Source: an uncultured Alphaproteobacteria bacterium
GTDB taxonomy: Bacteria > Pseudomonadota > Alphaproteobacteria > Rhizobiales > Aestuariivirgaceae
Direction: 5' to 3'
NCBI GenBank assembly: GCA_963840765.1
Contig: CAWJAE010000010.1
Coordinates: forward strand, 25,540 to 89,539
DNA length: 64,000 nucleotides
This document shows, piece after piece, positions 63,345-64,000 of the stretch (the stretch's first letter is position 1; each line of letters starts with the position of its first letter). Position numbers and translations under genes: made by a program. The notes beneath the pieces were generated by a model. The model was not told the origin of the DNA. It worked only from the letters and a program-made list of their open reading frames with translations, and searched no databases.

Positions 63345-64000
63345 CCGAAGCTTGCGCCTGCTGTTCAAGTGGTTGTGAGAGTTGCGTGTCGTTCAACCAC
63401 ATCACCGCGCCGGTCTGCGTCCACAACAGGGCAGCCTTGACAGCACGTCCCGGGAAAGCCTGCTTCAAAAGAGAGGCATAGTCCGCCATCTGCTTGGCAT
63501 ATTGGTGATCGGCACTGATGAATTTTGGTGGGTTGCGATTGGTTTTATAGTCCAACAGATAAATACATTCATCGGTCACCAGCATGCGGTCGATCCGGCC
63601 CATCAGGCCATTGGCACCGCCGATTGTGACTTCTGATTGCGCTTCAGTGATAAAAAACATGGCGAGATCAGGATGTTGCAAAACGTCATGCAGGTGTTCG
63701 GCAAGTGCTTCATTTAACTTCAAGCGCGTCGCCCAACGACGGCCCTCCTGCAATCTTGCTTCCGGCGGCACGTTCGCCATCATTTCAATGAGTTTGTGTG
63801 TGGCAATGCCTTCTTCAACCGCCTTTTTGTCAAAAGCATCACTGTTGCGTGAAGGCACCGGAGGCAAATGGCGCGTTACCGTTGGCGCGAGGGGGGCCGT
63901 CACCCAATCTGGCAGTTCAACTTGCACCGTCTCTTTTATTAAAGTGCTGGGGCCAAATACCGGATCTGCTCCAAAGCGGGTAAGGCCAAATCCGTCCTCC
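63340..64000 (-). CDS. addA: AddA helicase-nuclease, C-terminal nuclease domain (5' truncated by window edge)
   Basis: GIATHKL, SEV, GRIDRM, LLDYKTNR, QMADY...FPGRAVKAALLWT; addA-trxA synteny. Confidence 0.9.
   Translation of the reverse strand, partial: EDGFGLTRFGADPVFGPSTLIKETVQVELPDWVTAPLAPTVTRHLPPVPSRNSDAFDKKAVEEGIATHKLIEMMANVPPEARLQEGRRWATRLKLNEALAEHLHDVLQHPDLAMFFITEAQSEVTIGGANGLMGRIDRMLVTDECIYLLDYKTNRNPPKFISADHQYAKQMADYASLLKQAFPGRAVKAALLWTQTGAVMWLNDTQLSQPLEQQAQASA

Overview
Mostly core chromosome of an alphaproteobacterium, most likely Hyphomicrobiales/Rhizobiales (gcrA, chvG/chvI-hprK-manX-npr, regB/regA-senC, frc fructose operon, mmcB, speF leader). It holds about 70 protein genes, the SRP RNA, an alpha-r45/speF-type leader, two unannotated intergenic sRNA candidates and a REP/RIME-like element. 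Many genes, including essential ones (dnaX, def, fmt, tsaB), carry single-base indels concentrated at about 8.4-18 kb and 57.6-59.2 kb. These are best read as sequencing/assembly errors, so coordinates there are reconstructions. The clearest accessory segment is a ~1.4 kb AT-richer island (55.8-57.2 kb): a DUF6516/TumE-like toxin and an HTH antitoxin with an upstream operator palindrome, followed by an unannotated protein with a HEPN-type RxxxxH motif, bounded by a tandem palindromic repeat. Other leads are a perfect CtrA box plus a PhaR-like box before phaZ, PhaR-like boxes before both sRNA candidates, a possible TsaB-RimI fusion, an uncharacterised YnjBCD-YnjF module, and a Lys/Ala-rich N-terminal extension on FrcA. 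No tRNA, rRNA, CRISPR array, integrase or transposase was seen. Family names come from motif recognition only; no database searches were run.
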